A stretch of 64,000 nt of DNA from an uncultured Ruminococcus sp. (GCA_902762375.1 CACWNY010000027.1:11400-75399), one strand, 5' to 3'; positions 18,524 through 27,860 are shown, counted from the stretch's first letter. Numbers and translations are program-made. Notes: generated by a model not told the origin, from the letters alone.

Positions 18524-21500
18524 GTGAGATTTCTGAAAAAAGGTTTAGCAGTAGTACTTGCCTCAATTATGTTGCAGAGTACGGTATGGACTTCTGTTTC
18601 AGCATTCAATACAGAAGTTTCGGAAGTTTCAGCAGGCACTTCATCTGTAGAGAGTGGTGTCAATCCTGTAAAGATAGTACTGGATAACACCAGTCTTTAT
18701 CTTTACGAAGGCGAAAGCGGTCAGATAGGAGCAACATTAAGTCCTGAAGATGCCACAGAAACAATTACATGGTCAACCAATAATACAAAGGTTGCTACTG
18801 TTGACGCAAACGGAAAAGTTTTTGGTGTCAGTAAAGGTACAGCAACCATTACCGCAAAAACAACCAACGGTCTTACGGCATCATGTACAGTGAATGTCAG
18901 CACTATGCCACAGGAAGTTTTTCTGGATAAGACATCTTTGACAATGGTAGTCAAAGAAAACTATCAGCTTATACCAAGTGTTTCTCCTGATGACGCTTAC
19001 GCTACTTATAACTGGTCATCAAGTGATGTCAGCACTGTGAAAGTAGACGAAAACGGTTTGCTGACAGCATTAAAAGTAGGTACAGCTACCATAGCGGTTA
19101 CCACTTCCAACGGTATCAGTACATTATGTACGGTAAAGGTAATTGCTCTTCCCACGAAAATCACGCTGGATAAGACCGAAGTTACCTTGCGTCCCGAAGA
19201 AACATTGACATTGAGAAAAAGTGTGACCCCGTCTAACGCAACAGCAGACTATGTGTGGAAAAGCAGTAACACTAAAGTGGCAACGGTTGACCAGACAGGT
19301 AAAGTGACAGGTGTAGCTTTGGGAGAAGCAGAAATCACAGTGACTTCCAGTAACGGAATTGTTGCCCAGTGTCATGTTGATGTCAAGAGATATCCTGATT
19401 CTATTGCTTTTGTTTATAAGAATGTGTCTATCTCTACCGATGCCCCCAACAATAAAGCAGACTTACAGACGATAATTTCTCCTGAAGATTCTTATACCAA
19501 GCTGGTATGGAAAAGCAGTGACACTAAAGTGGCAACTGTTGACCAGACAGGTAAGGTCACGGGAAGAAATGTAGGACAATGTACCGTTACCGTAACAACC
19601 GATAATGGTAAAAGTGATACCTGTACAGTAAATGTATCCAAAGAATCCGTTACGATTGATGATATTCCCAAAGATGAATCATTCCTTATGTATATCGGCA
19701 CAACAGAACAGTTTACCGCAACGGTATTACCCGAAGGTTCAACTTGTACATGGTCGAGCAATAATCCTGATGTTGTCAGCGTAGATGAAAACGGTTTGCT
19801 GACAGGTAAATCGTGGGGTGTTGCTATTATTACAGCCAGCATATCTGATAATGTGTCGGATTCCCGCATAGTGGTTTGTGGTGAAGAACCAAAATCCATT
19901 TACATGACGATTGACGGACAGAAAATTGCTGACGGTGCAACAATTTCGGTAGATGCACAGGATTATTTGATGATTGTTCCTGAACTGGAAACAGAATGGG
20001 CAGTTTCCAAAGTTGTATGGACCTATGAAAAAAATAATACAATTTCTTTTACCGTCAAAAAGGATACAAGTGTCGTTACCCTCAGAGGACTGAAGCCTGG
20101 TACTTGTAAACTCACAGTAACTACCGAAAACGGTAAAACAGCTCAGTGTACCATCAAAGTAGTAGCTGTCGTACAAAGTATTGACATTACCAATACCCCT
20201 CAACCTATCAAAATGAATGTGGGACAGAAGATAACACTCAATAAAAAAATAACACCTTCAGTTGCGGTTAGTAATTATACATGGAAAAGCAGTAATGAAG
20301 AAGTTGCTACTGTCAATGCAAGCGGTATGGTGACGGCAATGAAAGTCGGTGTTACCGAAATCAGCGTTACAGCTGATAATGGTGTCAGTGCATCTTGTGA
20401 AGTACAGGTTTGTCCGTTACCCGATGCGATTACGATTGTACCATCTAAGGTTTCGTTGTCACTCAACGAAGTAGCCACTGAAGGTCAGACAGTAAAGCCG
20501 TCTAATACACAGTTGTCTATTCGCTATACTCCTGAAAATGCGTATTCACCTACCTTAAAATGGGCAAGCAGTGACACTTCTGTTGTTGCCGTTAATTCTA
20601 CTACTTATGTGATAACCGCCAAAGATACAGGAAAAGCTGAAGTTACGGTTACCACATCAAACAGTAAAACAGCTACCTGTGAAGTAGAAGTTACAGCAAA
20701 ACCGTCATCGGTTCGTTTTGCAGAAAGTCCCAGCAAATACTGGATAAGAGTGGGTGAAAAAGCAACTCTTACACCTATACCTACTCCTGCACATGCCATT
20801 ACCAGCTACAAATGGTCAAGCAGTACTCCCGAAGTAGCAACAATAGATGAGAACAGTGGTTTGATTACCGCTAAGAAATTCGGAGAAACTACTATCACTG
20901 TAGAAACAGATAACGGTAAAAAAGCAACATTCAAACTCAAGGTTTACGCAAAACCGACAAAAGCCTATTTTGAACAGTCAGCAATGTCTATGTATGTTAC
21001 ACAGGAATTTACCTTTAAACCATTGTTAAGTCCTGAAAATTCTATTACAAGCGGTTATGAATGGGAAAGTTCAGATACATCAGTTGCCACAGTTGACAAA
21101 AACGGAAAGGTAATTGCTAAGAAAATCGGTAATACCGTTATCAGTGCAACCAACGACCTCGGACAATCCGCAAAATGTATTATTACGGTTTATCCTGTTC
21201 CTGAAACAGTAACGCTGAACCAGACAAGTGCTGATATCAATGTTTATAAGACAGTCACGCTTGTACCGTCCATTACGCCTGAAAATGCGTTGACAGCTTA
21301 CACATGGAAAAGCAGTGACACATCTATTGCTACCGTTGACGAAAACGGTAAAGTTAAAGGTGTAGCCGTAGGAACAGCTACCGTCACAGTCAGCACATCA
21401 AACAATAAGACAGCCACTTGTAAAATTAATGTCAAGAAAGCACCAACGAATGTATCATTTGAAAAAACTACTTTGAAACTCGGTGAAGGACAAACTTCTG

Positions 21501-22654
21501 TATTGACACCGATACTTACCCCAAGCAATGCCTATACAAAGTATTCATGGACAAGTAGTGACACAACCGTTGCTACAGTCAATTCACAAGGCAAAGTTGC
21601 GGCAAAGAAAGCAGGTAAATCCGTCATTACCGTAGAAACTCTCAACGGTAAAACAGCTACCTGTACTGTTACTGTAAGTAAAGGACCATCAAGCGTAGCT
21701 ATTGATAAAACAACAGTACAGATGGGTGTAGGCAGAACCTATCAGCTTAATGCTTCTATTACGCCCAGTAATGCTGTTACTTATTGTAGTTGGAGTACCA
21801 GTAAGAAATCGATTGCCACAGTCAGCGGTAAAGGTCTTGTTACCGCAAAAGGTGTTGGTACAGCTGTAATTACCGTAAAGACATCGAATGGTAAGACAGC
21901 AGAATGTAAAGTTACTGTAAAAGCAGCACCAACAGAAATCACTTTGAATAAAACCGCACTGGATTTAGGTCTGGGACAGACTTATACCTTGCAGACAGCA
22001 TTGACCCCTACTAATGCTTATGTAATGAACACATGGAGCAGTAGTAACAGTAATATTGTTTCGGTAAATTCTGTAGGAAAGATTGCCGCAAAGAGTGTCG
22101 GAAAGGCTACCATTACGGTAAAAACCTATAACGGTCTTACTGCACAGTGTGTTGTTACTGTAAAGACAGCTCCTGAAAGTGTTGCGATTAACAAGACTGC
22201 CATCAATATTGCGGTAGGACAAGATGTCACATTGACTTCATCTCTTACACCTTCAGACGCATACACTTATTGTAGCTGGAGTAGCAGTGATAAGAATATT
22301 GCCACTGTTTCTTCAAGCGGTAAGGTTACAGGTGTAAAAGTCGGTACAGCGGTCATCACCGTAAAGACTTCCAACGGAAAAACCGCTACTTGTAAAGTGA
22401 CTGTCAAAAAAGCTCCCACTGCGATTGCTTTGAGTAAAACAGCAGTTACCCTCAATGTTGGAGAAAAAACAACACTCACTAAAACTTTAACACCATCAAA
22501 CGCATTTTCCACTTATAAATGGAAAAGCAGTAACACACTCGTTGCCACAGTAAACAGTAACGGTGAAATAACTGCCAAAGGAAAAGGTACAGCGACTATC
22601 ACAGTAACTACTTTCAACGGACAGAAAGCTACTTGTAAAGTCACTGTAAAATAA
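18524..22654 (+). CDS. secreted protein with 16 tandem Big_2 (bacterial Ig-like) domains
   Basis: GTG start after AAGGAGG. Signal peptide MRFLKKGLAVVLASIMLQSTVWTSVSA. I counted 16 repeats of the ...W.SS....ATVD..G.VT....G.A.ITV.T.NG.TA.C.V.V pattern. Confidence 0.85.
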   Translation: MRFLKKGLAVVLASIMLQSTVWTSVSAFNTEVSEVSAGTSSVESGVNPVKIVLDNTSLYLYEGESGQIGATLSPEDATETITWSTNNTKVATVDANGKVFGVSKGTATITAKTTNGLTASCTVNVSTMPQEVFLDKTSLTMVVKENYQLIPSVSPDDAYATYNWSSSDVSTVKVDENGLLTALKVGTATIAVTTSNGISTLCTVKVIALPTKITLDKTEVTLRPEETLTLRKSVTPSNATADYVWKSSNTKVATVDQTGKVTGVALGEAEITVTSSNGIVAQCHVDVKRYPDSIAFVYKNVSISTDAPNNKADLQTIISPEDSYTKLVWKSSDTKVATVDQTGKVTGRNVGQCTVTVTTDNGKSDTCTVNVSKESVTIDDIPKDESFLMYIGTTEQFTATVLPEGSTCTWSSNNPDVVSVDENGLLTGKSWGVAIITASISDNVSDSRIVVCGEEPKSIYMTIDGQKIADGATISVDAQDYLMIVPELETEWAVSKVVWTYEKNNTISFTVKKDTSVVTLRGLKPGTCKLTVTTENGKTAQCTIKVVAVVQSIDITNTPQPIKMNVGQKITLNKKITPSVAVSNYTWKSSNEEVATVNASGMVTAMKVGVTEISVTADNGVSASCEVQVCPLPDAITIVPSKVSLSLNEVATEGQTVKPSNTQLSIRYTPENAYSPTLKWASSDTSVVAVNSTTYVITAKDTGKAEVTVTTSNSKTATCEVEVTAKPSSVRFAESPSKYWIRVGEKATLTPIPTPAHAITSYKWSSSTPEVATIDENSGLITAKKFGETTITVETDNGKKATFKLKVYAKPTKAYFEQSAMSMYVTQEFTFKPLLSPENSITSGYEWESSDTSVATVDKNGKVIAKKIGNTVISATNDLGQSAKCIITVYPVPETVTLNQTSADINVYKTVTLVPSITPENALTAYTWKSSDTSIATVDENGKVKGVAVGTATVTVSTSNNKTATCKINVKKAPTNVSFEKTTLKLGEGQTSVLTPILTPSNAYTKYSWTSSDTTVATVNSQGKVAAKKAGKSVITVETLNGKTATCTVTVSKGPSSVAIDKTTVQMGVGRTYQLNASITPSNAVTYCSWSTSKKSIATVSGKGLVTAKGVGTAVITVKTSNGKTAECKVTVKAAPTEITLNKTALDLGLGQTYTLQTALTPTNAYVMNTWSSSNSNIVSVNSVGKIAAKSVGKATITVKTYNGLTAQCVVTVKTAPESVAINKTAINIAVGQDVTLTSSLTPSDAYTYCSWSSSDKNIATVSSSGKVTGVKVGTAVITVKTSNGKTATCKVTVKKAPTAIALSKTAVTLNVGEKTTLTKTLTPSNAFSTYKWKSSNTLVATVNSNGEITAKGKGTATITVTTFNGQKATCKVTVK

Positions 22655-22673
22655 AACATAGCATAAAAAACAA

Positions 22674-22718
22674 AAAACACCTGATGATTTTTAAGAAATC
22701 ATCAGGTGTTTTCTTTTT
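22674..22718 (+). terminator. intrinsic terminator after the Big_2 gene
   Basis: ACACCTGATGATTT-loop-AAATCATCAGGTGT followed by TTTCTTTTT. Confidence 0.85.
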
Positions 22719-22742
22719 AAGGGCGTTTATAGATTGTCAAAT

Positions 22743-22900
22743 CAGCGGTTGGAATGATATTTTCATCGTATAGCTATGACAATTAAAAGTTTTTGTCCAC
22801 TTTTTTCAAAAAGTGGTGGGGTTCAGGGGCAAAGCCCCTGATGGGATTTTTAAGGGCAAAGCCCTTAAACTCCCCAAAGGCAAAGCCCTTAAACTCCCAA
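22743..22900 (+). repeat. MPE locus 9, monomer lacking E, with a D-region micro-duplication
   Basis: CAGCGGTTGGAATGAT terminus, then A-B-C-D. GGCAAAGCCCTTAAACTCCC is repeated twice. Confidence 0.85.
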
Positions 22901-22937
22901 AATTTTGTCAAAAGTTAAGGACATTGCCTTTTGAGAG

Positions 22938-23543
22938 CTAATTACTTATAGAAGTCATTTTTTCGGGGTCGAATTTACCTTTCAGACAGTAAGTAATAAA
23001 TTCATGTTCCAGACAATCACCGTTTGCTTCCATATTGATGTTAGCAATATCAGGATAATAATAACGATTGTGGATAATAACAGGAATTTCTTTACCGAAA
23101 CGGTGACTTAAAATCTGTGACTTATGGATATCTCTGACAGAATAAATCAGTTGTTCCGTCAGTCTTTCCACACTTTCTGTTGCAGGAATACGCTGTTGTC
23201 TGAACCATTCCCGAAGCATATTTCTGGTAAAACCGTCCTCTCCAAAACAGAACAGTTCATTTTGTAACCAAAATTCATAATTCCAACGGATTTCAATATC
23301 CTCTACATTTCGGCAAAGTTCATCGTGATAGTGAGTTTCGGTGTTGTAGTCAAAATACAGACGGATATCCTGTTGATTATCGTAATCGAAGTCAATAAAA
23401 AACGATATGGCATAGACATCGTCATCTTTCCAACGGGAAAATTCCTCCAGAAAGGCAAACCATATTTCACGGCTGATATTCAATGGCGAAAAATGATTAT
23501 TGTTAATATATTCATCGTTAAACAAAAGGTCATAAAGTCCCAT
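22938..23543 (-). CDS. hypothetical protein
   Basis: 201-aa ORF. Its start lies 4 nt after the recO ORF stop, with GAAAGGGTGA upstream. No family recognised. Confidence 0.55.
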   Translation of the reverse strand: MGLYDLLFNDEYINNNHFSPLNISREIWFAFLEEFSRWKDDDVYAISFFIDFDYDNQQDIRLYFDYNTETHYHDELCRNVEDIEIRWNYEFWLQNELFCFGEDGFTRNMLREWFRQQRIPATESVERLTEQLIYSVRDIHKSQILSHRFGKEIPVIIHNRYYYPDIANINMEANGDCLEHEFITYCLKGKFDPEKMTSISN

Positions 23544-23547
23544 AACT

Positions 23548-24420
23548 TCACCCTTTCAGACTGTCAAAATTTGCTGACGCAAATTTTGAGTTGATTTTTG
23601 GGAGTTTAAGGGCTTCGCCCTTAAAAATCCCACAAGGGGCTTTGCCCCTTGACCCCACAAGCCTTTGAAAAGGCTTGACCGAAACTTTTAAGTGGGTGTA
23701 CAGCAGATATTCTTCCGTACAGCGGTTCAATAGGCTTAACTTTTCAGGCGGTAAACTGAAATTAAAAAGTTTATTATATTCGCAGTAAATACAATGTCGT
23801 AATGCTGTTGTAACGCTTTTTCCTGTAAAAATTGCATATTCTTTTATTTCGGAGATACAATTACCACAAATAAGTTTTCCGCTTTTGGGGAGGAAATACA
23901 TTTCCTCTTGTTCGTAAGCGTTGCACTGACAACAACATACCAAATCAGGCATATATCCGCTGAGTACCATTAACTGTAATTCTACAACTGATTTTATCAG
24001 CGGTGCTGGACGCTTATTTGTATCCAGCATATATAGGGCGTTGAGTATCAATCGAAGATAGCTTTCTGCTTCCGTTTCCTGTGGTGCAAGATAACGGGCA
24101 AGTTCACAGAAATATTCCGCCAACGACATCTTGACAATATCTGTTCTCAAATGAGCAAATATCTTTTCACTTACAGCGTCATCAATTATGTACGCTTCCC
24201 GACGCTTATATAAAGAAAGCTGTGCATAACACAACAGTCGGGTAGCTTGTCCTTTGGTGCTTTTCAGACTTTTGCAGTTCTTGACAAATGCTCTGATAAC
24301 ACCAAGTTTTCTTGTCAGAACGGTAACCAGTCGGTCTTTTTCTCCTACACTCTGTTCACCGATAATCAGTCCGTCAGTTTCTATCTTCAAACTATTCACC
24401 TTTGTCTTTTTGCGTATCAT
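23548..24420 (-). CDS. recO: DNA repair protein RecO, C-terminus replaced or extended by repeat-element sequence
   Basis: RecO N-terminal OB region (GLIIGEQSVGEKDRLVTVLTRKLGVIRAF) and Zn-finger CCQC...CGNC. The last ~45 aa (VSVKPFQRLVGSRGKAPCGIFKGEALKLPKINSKFASANFDSLKG) are encoded by repeat locus 23560..23692. Confidence 0.85.
   Translation of the reverse strand: MIRKKTKVNSLKIETDGLIIGEQSVGEKDRLVTVLTRKLGVIRAFVKNCKSLKSTKGQATRLLCYAQLSLYKRREAYIIDDAVSEKIFAHLRTDIVKMSLAEYFCELARYLAPQETEAESYLRLILNALYMLDTNKRPAPLIKSVVELQLMVLSGYMPDLVCCCQCNAYEQEEMYFLPKSGKLICGNCISEIKEYAIFTGKSVTTALRHCIYCEYNKLFNFSLPPEKLSLLNRCTEEYLLYTHLKVSVKPFQRLVGSRGKAPCGIFKGEALKLPKINSKFASANFDSLKG
23560..23692 (-). repeat. MPE locus 10, E-D-C-B-A, lying entirely inside the recO ORF 3' end
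   Basis: CAAAATTTGCTGACGCAAATTTTG, TTAAGGGCTTCGCCCTTAA, CAAGGGGCTTTGCCCCTTG, CAAGCCTTTGAAAAGGCTTG, GAAACTTTTAAG. Confidence 0.9.
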
Positions 24421-24541
24421 TATGAAAATATTCGGGAAAATCTGCCTGTAATTCTTCTTTTTCTTTCAGAGCGGTATAATGCAGATAATCCAGAATGTTT
24501 CCTGTTTCAGAAAATGTCGCCCACGCTTCATAAAGTTCCAT
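24392..24541 (-). CDS. yqzL: YqzL-like small protein (49 aa)
   Basis: Hand-translated: MELYEAWATFSETGNILDYLHYTALKEKEELQADFPEYFHNDTQKDKGE*. The W..FS.TGNI..YL motif and the position just upstream of recO match Bacillus yqzL. Overlaps the recO start by 29 nt. Too short for the ORF track. Confidence 0.55.
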   Translation of the reverse strand: MELYEAWATFSETGNILDYLHYTALKEKEELQADFPEYFHNDTQKDKGE

Positions 24542-24609
24542 AATTACACTCACACCTCTTTCAAATTTGCTAAAGATAGTATGAGCTGTATAACCATAAT
24601 TATAGATAT

Positions 24610-24744
24610 GTCAAAATTTGCTTTTGCAAATTTTGGATTTTTTTGGGGAGTTAAAGGGCTTCCGCCCTTTAAAATCCTGACAAGGGGTTTCACCCCTTGT
24701 CCCCACAAACTTTTTGAAAAAAGTTTGACCAAAAACTTTTAATT
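24610..24744 (-). repeat. MPE locus 11, E-D-C-B-A
   Basis: The B stem is the CAAAC/GTTTG variant. C is CAAGGGGTTTCACCCCTTG. Confidence 0.9.
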
Positions 24745-24826
24745 TTTCACAACTGAATGTCATCATTGAACAATAATCTCATATAACAAAAATCAGATAA
24801 CAGAAATTCTGTTATCTGAAAAAACA

Positions 24827-25522
24827 TCAGCAACCTTCCTGACGGAAAACTACCGCAAAAGTGCCGAAAATGATTTTAATATCTACCCACATATTTCTTT
24901 CCATTATGTATTTTCTGTCAAGAGCCATCCAGCCTTCAAAAGAAATCGAATTTCTGTCAGGTTCAATCTGCCAGTAGCAGGTAAGACCAGGAGTAACCAG
25001 TAATCTTAATTTATGGGTTTCGTTATACTCTGCCACTTCTTTCGGGAGAGCGGGTCTGGGACCTACAAAAGACATATCTCCTTTGAGAATATTCAGTAAC
25101 TGAGGGAGTTCGTCCAGACTGGTTGAACGCAAAAATTTACCGATTTTCGTAATTCTGGGGTCATTCTTGATTTTAAATACAGGGCCGTCCATTTCATTCT
25201 GTTTCTGTAAAGCCTGTAACTTCTGTTCAGCGTCGGGACACATTGTTCGGAATTTGTATACTCTGAATGACTTTCCATGTTTTCCACACCGTTCCTGTGT
25301 AAAGAAAGGGGAATGTCTGTCTTCCAGAAAAATCAGCAACGAAATTATCAGAAAAACAGGAACCAGCACAATTAAAGCAATAAACGACATCACAATATCA
25401 AACAGTCTTTTGCAAAAATTATAAAAAGGCTTTTCCTGAAATGTAAAACTATCAACATTTTCCACAAGTTGGCTATCTCTGACAAGCGTTTCTTTACTCA
25501 TTATTGTATACTCCACATTCAT
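24827..25522 (-). CDS. undecaprenyl-phosphate sugar phosphotransferase (WbaP/CpsE/EpsL family)
   Basis: DELPQLLNILKGDMSFVGPRP and one N-terminal TM helix. Start set to ATG 25522 after GGAGGGA. Confidence 0.85.
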   Translation of the reverse strand: MNVEYTIMSKETLVRDSQLVENVDSFTFQEKPFYNFCKRLFDIVMSFIALIVLVPVFLIISLLIFLEDRHSPFFTQERCGKHGKSFRVYKFRTMCPDAEQKLQALQKQNEMDGPVFKIKNDPRITKIGKFLRSTSLDELPQLLNILKGDMSFVGPRPALPKEVAEYNETHKLRLLVTPGLTCYWQIEPDRNSISFEGWMALDRKYIMERNMWVDIKIIFGTFAVVFRQEGC

Positions 25523-25556
25523 ACAAATTCCCTCCTGTCTTGAACACAAACAGGTT

Positions 25557-26315
25557 CTAAATCCAGAAGTTCAGAAACTTTTTGGGTTTCTTCACTACAC
25601 TTAAATCAATATCTTCTCCATTGAACACTTTTTCGCTGTTATCTGTCAGCCACTGTACATAATCCTCTCCGAATGCTCTACGGACAACTTCATATCCTTC
25701 TTTTACATTAGGAATGCGATGTTCGTCTGAGTGGCTGTCACTACATATAAAATGCACTAAATCCCACTTCAGATATTTCATTGCTGTCCTTTTACGGACA
25801 CTGTTCTTTATCAGCGTTTCTGCATTGATATGTGCCAGACAACCGTCCATAACCAAATCATACAACAAGGTAGGGTCTTCCGCAAAATAACCGTACCGTT
25901 CCACATGAGCCAGTATAGGGGTATATCCCATACCTAAAAGACTGGTCAATGCTTCTTTAATTCCATACGGTTTCATTTTTGTAGAAAACTCTATCAGCAT
26001 ATAGTCGCTACCCTCAAAACAGAGTGGCTGTAAATCTTCCAGTTCCAGTAGTTTCAGTGAAAAGTAGACTTCTGACCCTGTTTTCAGCGTCATATCCAGT
26101 TTCTGACATTCTTCATTCGACAATAATATCTGCTTGCTTTCTTCTCTTTTCTGAAGAAATTCTTCATAGGTCATTTCGTCAATCTTAAAATGCGGTGTGA
26201 ACATGACTTTATCCACACCCTGTTCTTTCTGCATTTTAAGCATATTCAAAGAAATTTCAAGATTTTTTGACCCATCATCTATTCCAGGCAATATATGACA
26301 ATGTAAGTCAATCAT
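25557..26315 (-). CDS. tyrosine-protein phosphatase, PHP family (CpsB/YwqE-like)
   Basis: MIDLHCHILPGIDDGS..., DSHS.... Confidence 0.87.
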   Translation of the reverse strand: MIDLHCHILPGIDDGSKNLEISLNMLKMQKEQGVDKVMFTPHFKIDEMTYEEFLQKREESKQILLSNEECQKLDMTLKTGSEVYFSLKLLELEDLQPLCFEGSDYMLIEFSTKMKPYGIKEALTSLLGMGYTPILAHVERYGYFAEDPTLLYDLVMDGCLAHINAETLIKNSVRKRTAMKYLKWDLVHFICSDSHSDEHRIPNVKEGYEVVRRAFGEDYVQWLTDNSEKVFNGEDIDLSVVKKPKKFLNFWI

Positions 26316-27082
26316 TTACTCTCTTCCTCACTACTACCACCGTTACCGTAATTGTAATTATAATAATAGTAGTCATAAGAATAGTAATCATGATAAGCCG
26401 TCTTAGATTTATCTTTATAAGCCGTAACAATCGCACCGAAAATCTTTGTACCTGCATTTTCTAAGTTTTTCTTTGCCTTGATGGCATATTTCTTTTCGGT
26501 GGAATTATGTCTGACAACCATGAAAGTTGCGTCCATATATTTTCCCAGAACGGCTGCGTCACTGATAATAAATGCGGGCGGAGTATCATAGACAATATAA
26601 TCGTACTCTTTTTCCAGTGCGGCAATAACTTCCTGCATACCTTTACTGGAAAGCAATTCTGTCGGGTTCGGCGGTGAAATACCTGCCAGAAGTAAACTCA
26701 GGTTCGTTCCGTTGACTTTCTTGATAGCGTCTGCAAGAGATACTTCCCCTTTAAGTACATTGGTAAGTCCCATTGCATTACGCTTCTGCGATATAAAGCG
26801 GTGCATACCTGGTCTTCTCAGGTCACACTCTACCAGACATACCTTTTTTCCCAGCTCTGCCAAAGATATCGACAAATTCAGACTGCAATTTGTTTTTCCT
26901 TCATTTGCCAGAGATGAGGTAATCATAATATTTTTACATTTCTGTGCAACGGTGATGAACTCTATATTGGTAGCCAGCATTTTGAACGATGCTACATAAT
27001 CAGACGGTGCTTTCTCGTCCATGATGCTGAACAGTTCTTTGACAACGGGTCTATTTTTTGATTCTCTCTTATTCTTACTCAT
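26312..27082 (-). CDS. BY-kinase, tyrosine-protein kinase (CpsD/YwqD-like)
   Basis: Walker A NEGKTN, LVECDLRRP, and a C-terminal Tyr cluster YHDYYSYDYYYYNYNYG. 4-nt overlaps with both neighbouring genes. Confidence 0.87.
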   Translation of the reverse strand: MSKNKRESKNRPVVKELFSIMDEKAPSDYVASFKMLATNIEFITVAQKCKNIMITSSLANEGKTNCSLNLSISLAELGKKVCLVECDLRRPGMHRFISQKRNAMGLTNVLKGEVSLADAIKKVNGTNLSLLLAGISPPNPTELLSSKGMQEVIAALEKEYDYIVYDTPPAFIISDAAVLGKYMDATFMVVRHNSTEKKYAIKAKKNLENAGTKIFGAIVTAYKDKSKTAYHDYYSYDYYYYNYNYGNGGSSEEESK

Positions 27083-27798
27083 TTGCTGAAGTCCTTTCCA
27101 TCAACATAAGGGATAACCCCCATCATCGGTAAACCAAGTGTATTGGTGATATCGCTTTCTGTTTTGAACTTCTTATTGAAGAGTTCTTTCAAAAATACGA
27201 TAACCAGCATAAAGGCAAGTCCTCCCATCGCACCAAGTAAAGCATTCTTCTTGGCATTAGGACCTATCGGTCTGCCGTTATTGGCAATTCTGGAATCGTC
27301 AACAACCTTTACTGAACCCGCTTCAACAACATCTTTGATTTTGGGTTGTGCCACTATAACAACATTGGCAATAACTTTCTTTGCAAAACTGGGGTCAGTA
27401 CTTTTCATGGATATTTCAATAACCTGCGTTTCGTTGACAGGTGCTACCGTAATGGAATTGGCAAGGGCTTCGTAGGTCATGTTAAGCTGCATTTTGTCGA
27501 TAACAGGTTGCAAGACGGAATTGGACTTGATAATAACCGAATAAGTATTGGCAAGTGACTGTGCTGCGGTCAGTTCACTGTTATTGACACTTCTTTCAGA
27601 TGTGTCTGAACGGTTGTTGTTGACGATAAGCTGAGCACTTGCTTTGTACTGTTTGGGAATAAACTGTGTTGTTCCCACATAGGCACCCACTCCGAAAACG
27701 ATTGCTGACAAAACTAAAGGAATGACATTCTTGCGTAATATCCTGAAAATAAAGGATAAATCAATTTCCATCTCTTTAGTTTCTTCTCTCTTCTCCAT
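27079..27798 (-). CDS. Wzz-family chain-length/kinase modulator (CpsC/YwqC-like)
   Basis: Two TM helices flank a Wzz-like loop. It is the first gene of the CpsC-CpsD-CpsB-transferase module. Confidence 0.8.
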   Translation of the reverse strand: MEKREETKEMEIDLSFIFRILRKNVIPLVLSAIVFGVGAYVGTTQFIPKQYKASAQLIVNNNRSDTSERSVNNSELTAAQSLANTYSVIIKSNSVLQPVIDKMQLNMTYEALANSITVAPVNETQVIEISMKSTDPSFAKKVIANVVIVAQPKIKDVVEAGSVKVVDDSRIANNGRPIGPNAKKNALLGAMGGLAFMLVIVFLKELFNKKFKTESDITNTLGLPMMGVIPYVDGKDFSK

Positions 27799-27831
27799 CT
27801 AAATTCCCCTTTTATTTTTATCTTTTACGAA

Positions 27832-27860
27832 ATTATACAATATTCCGTCAGAACAGTCAA
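27832..27860 (-). promoter_or_regulatory. promoter for the cpsC/D/B/transferase operon
   Basis: Minus strand TTGACT, 17 nt, TATAAT. Lies 34 nt upstream of the start at 27798. Confidence 0.5.

Noticed and set aside
18721-22512. Numerous 60-155-aa antisense ORFs inside the Big_2 gene, thrS, the flavodiiron gene, the ATPase gene and others.
   Set aside because: They lie entirely within long, well-supported genes on the opposite strand or in another frame. They are typical spurious ORFs.
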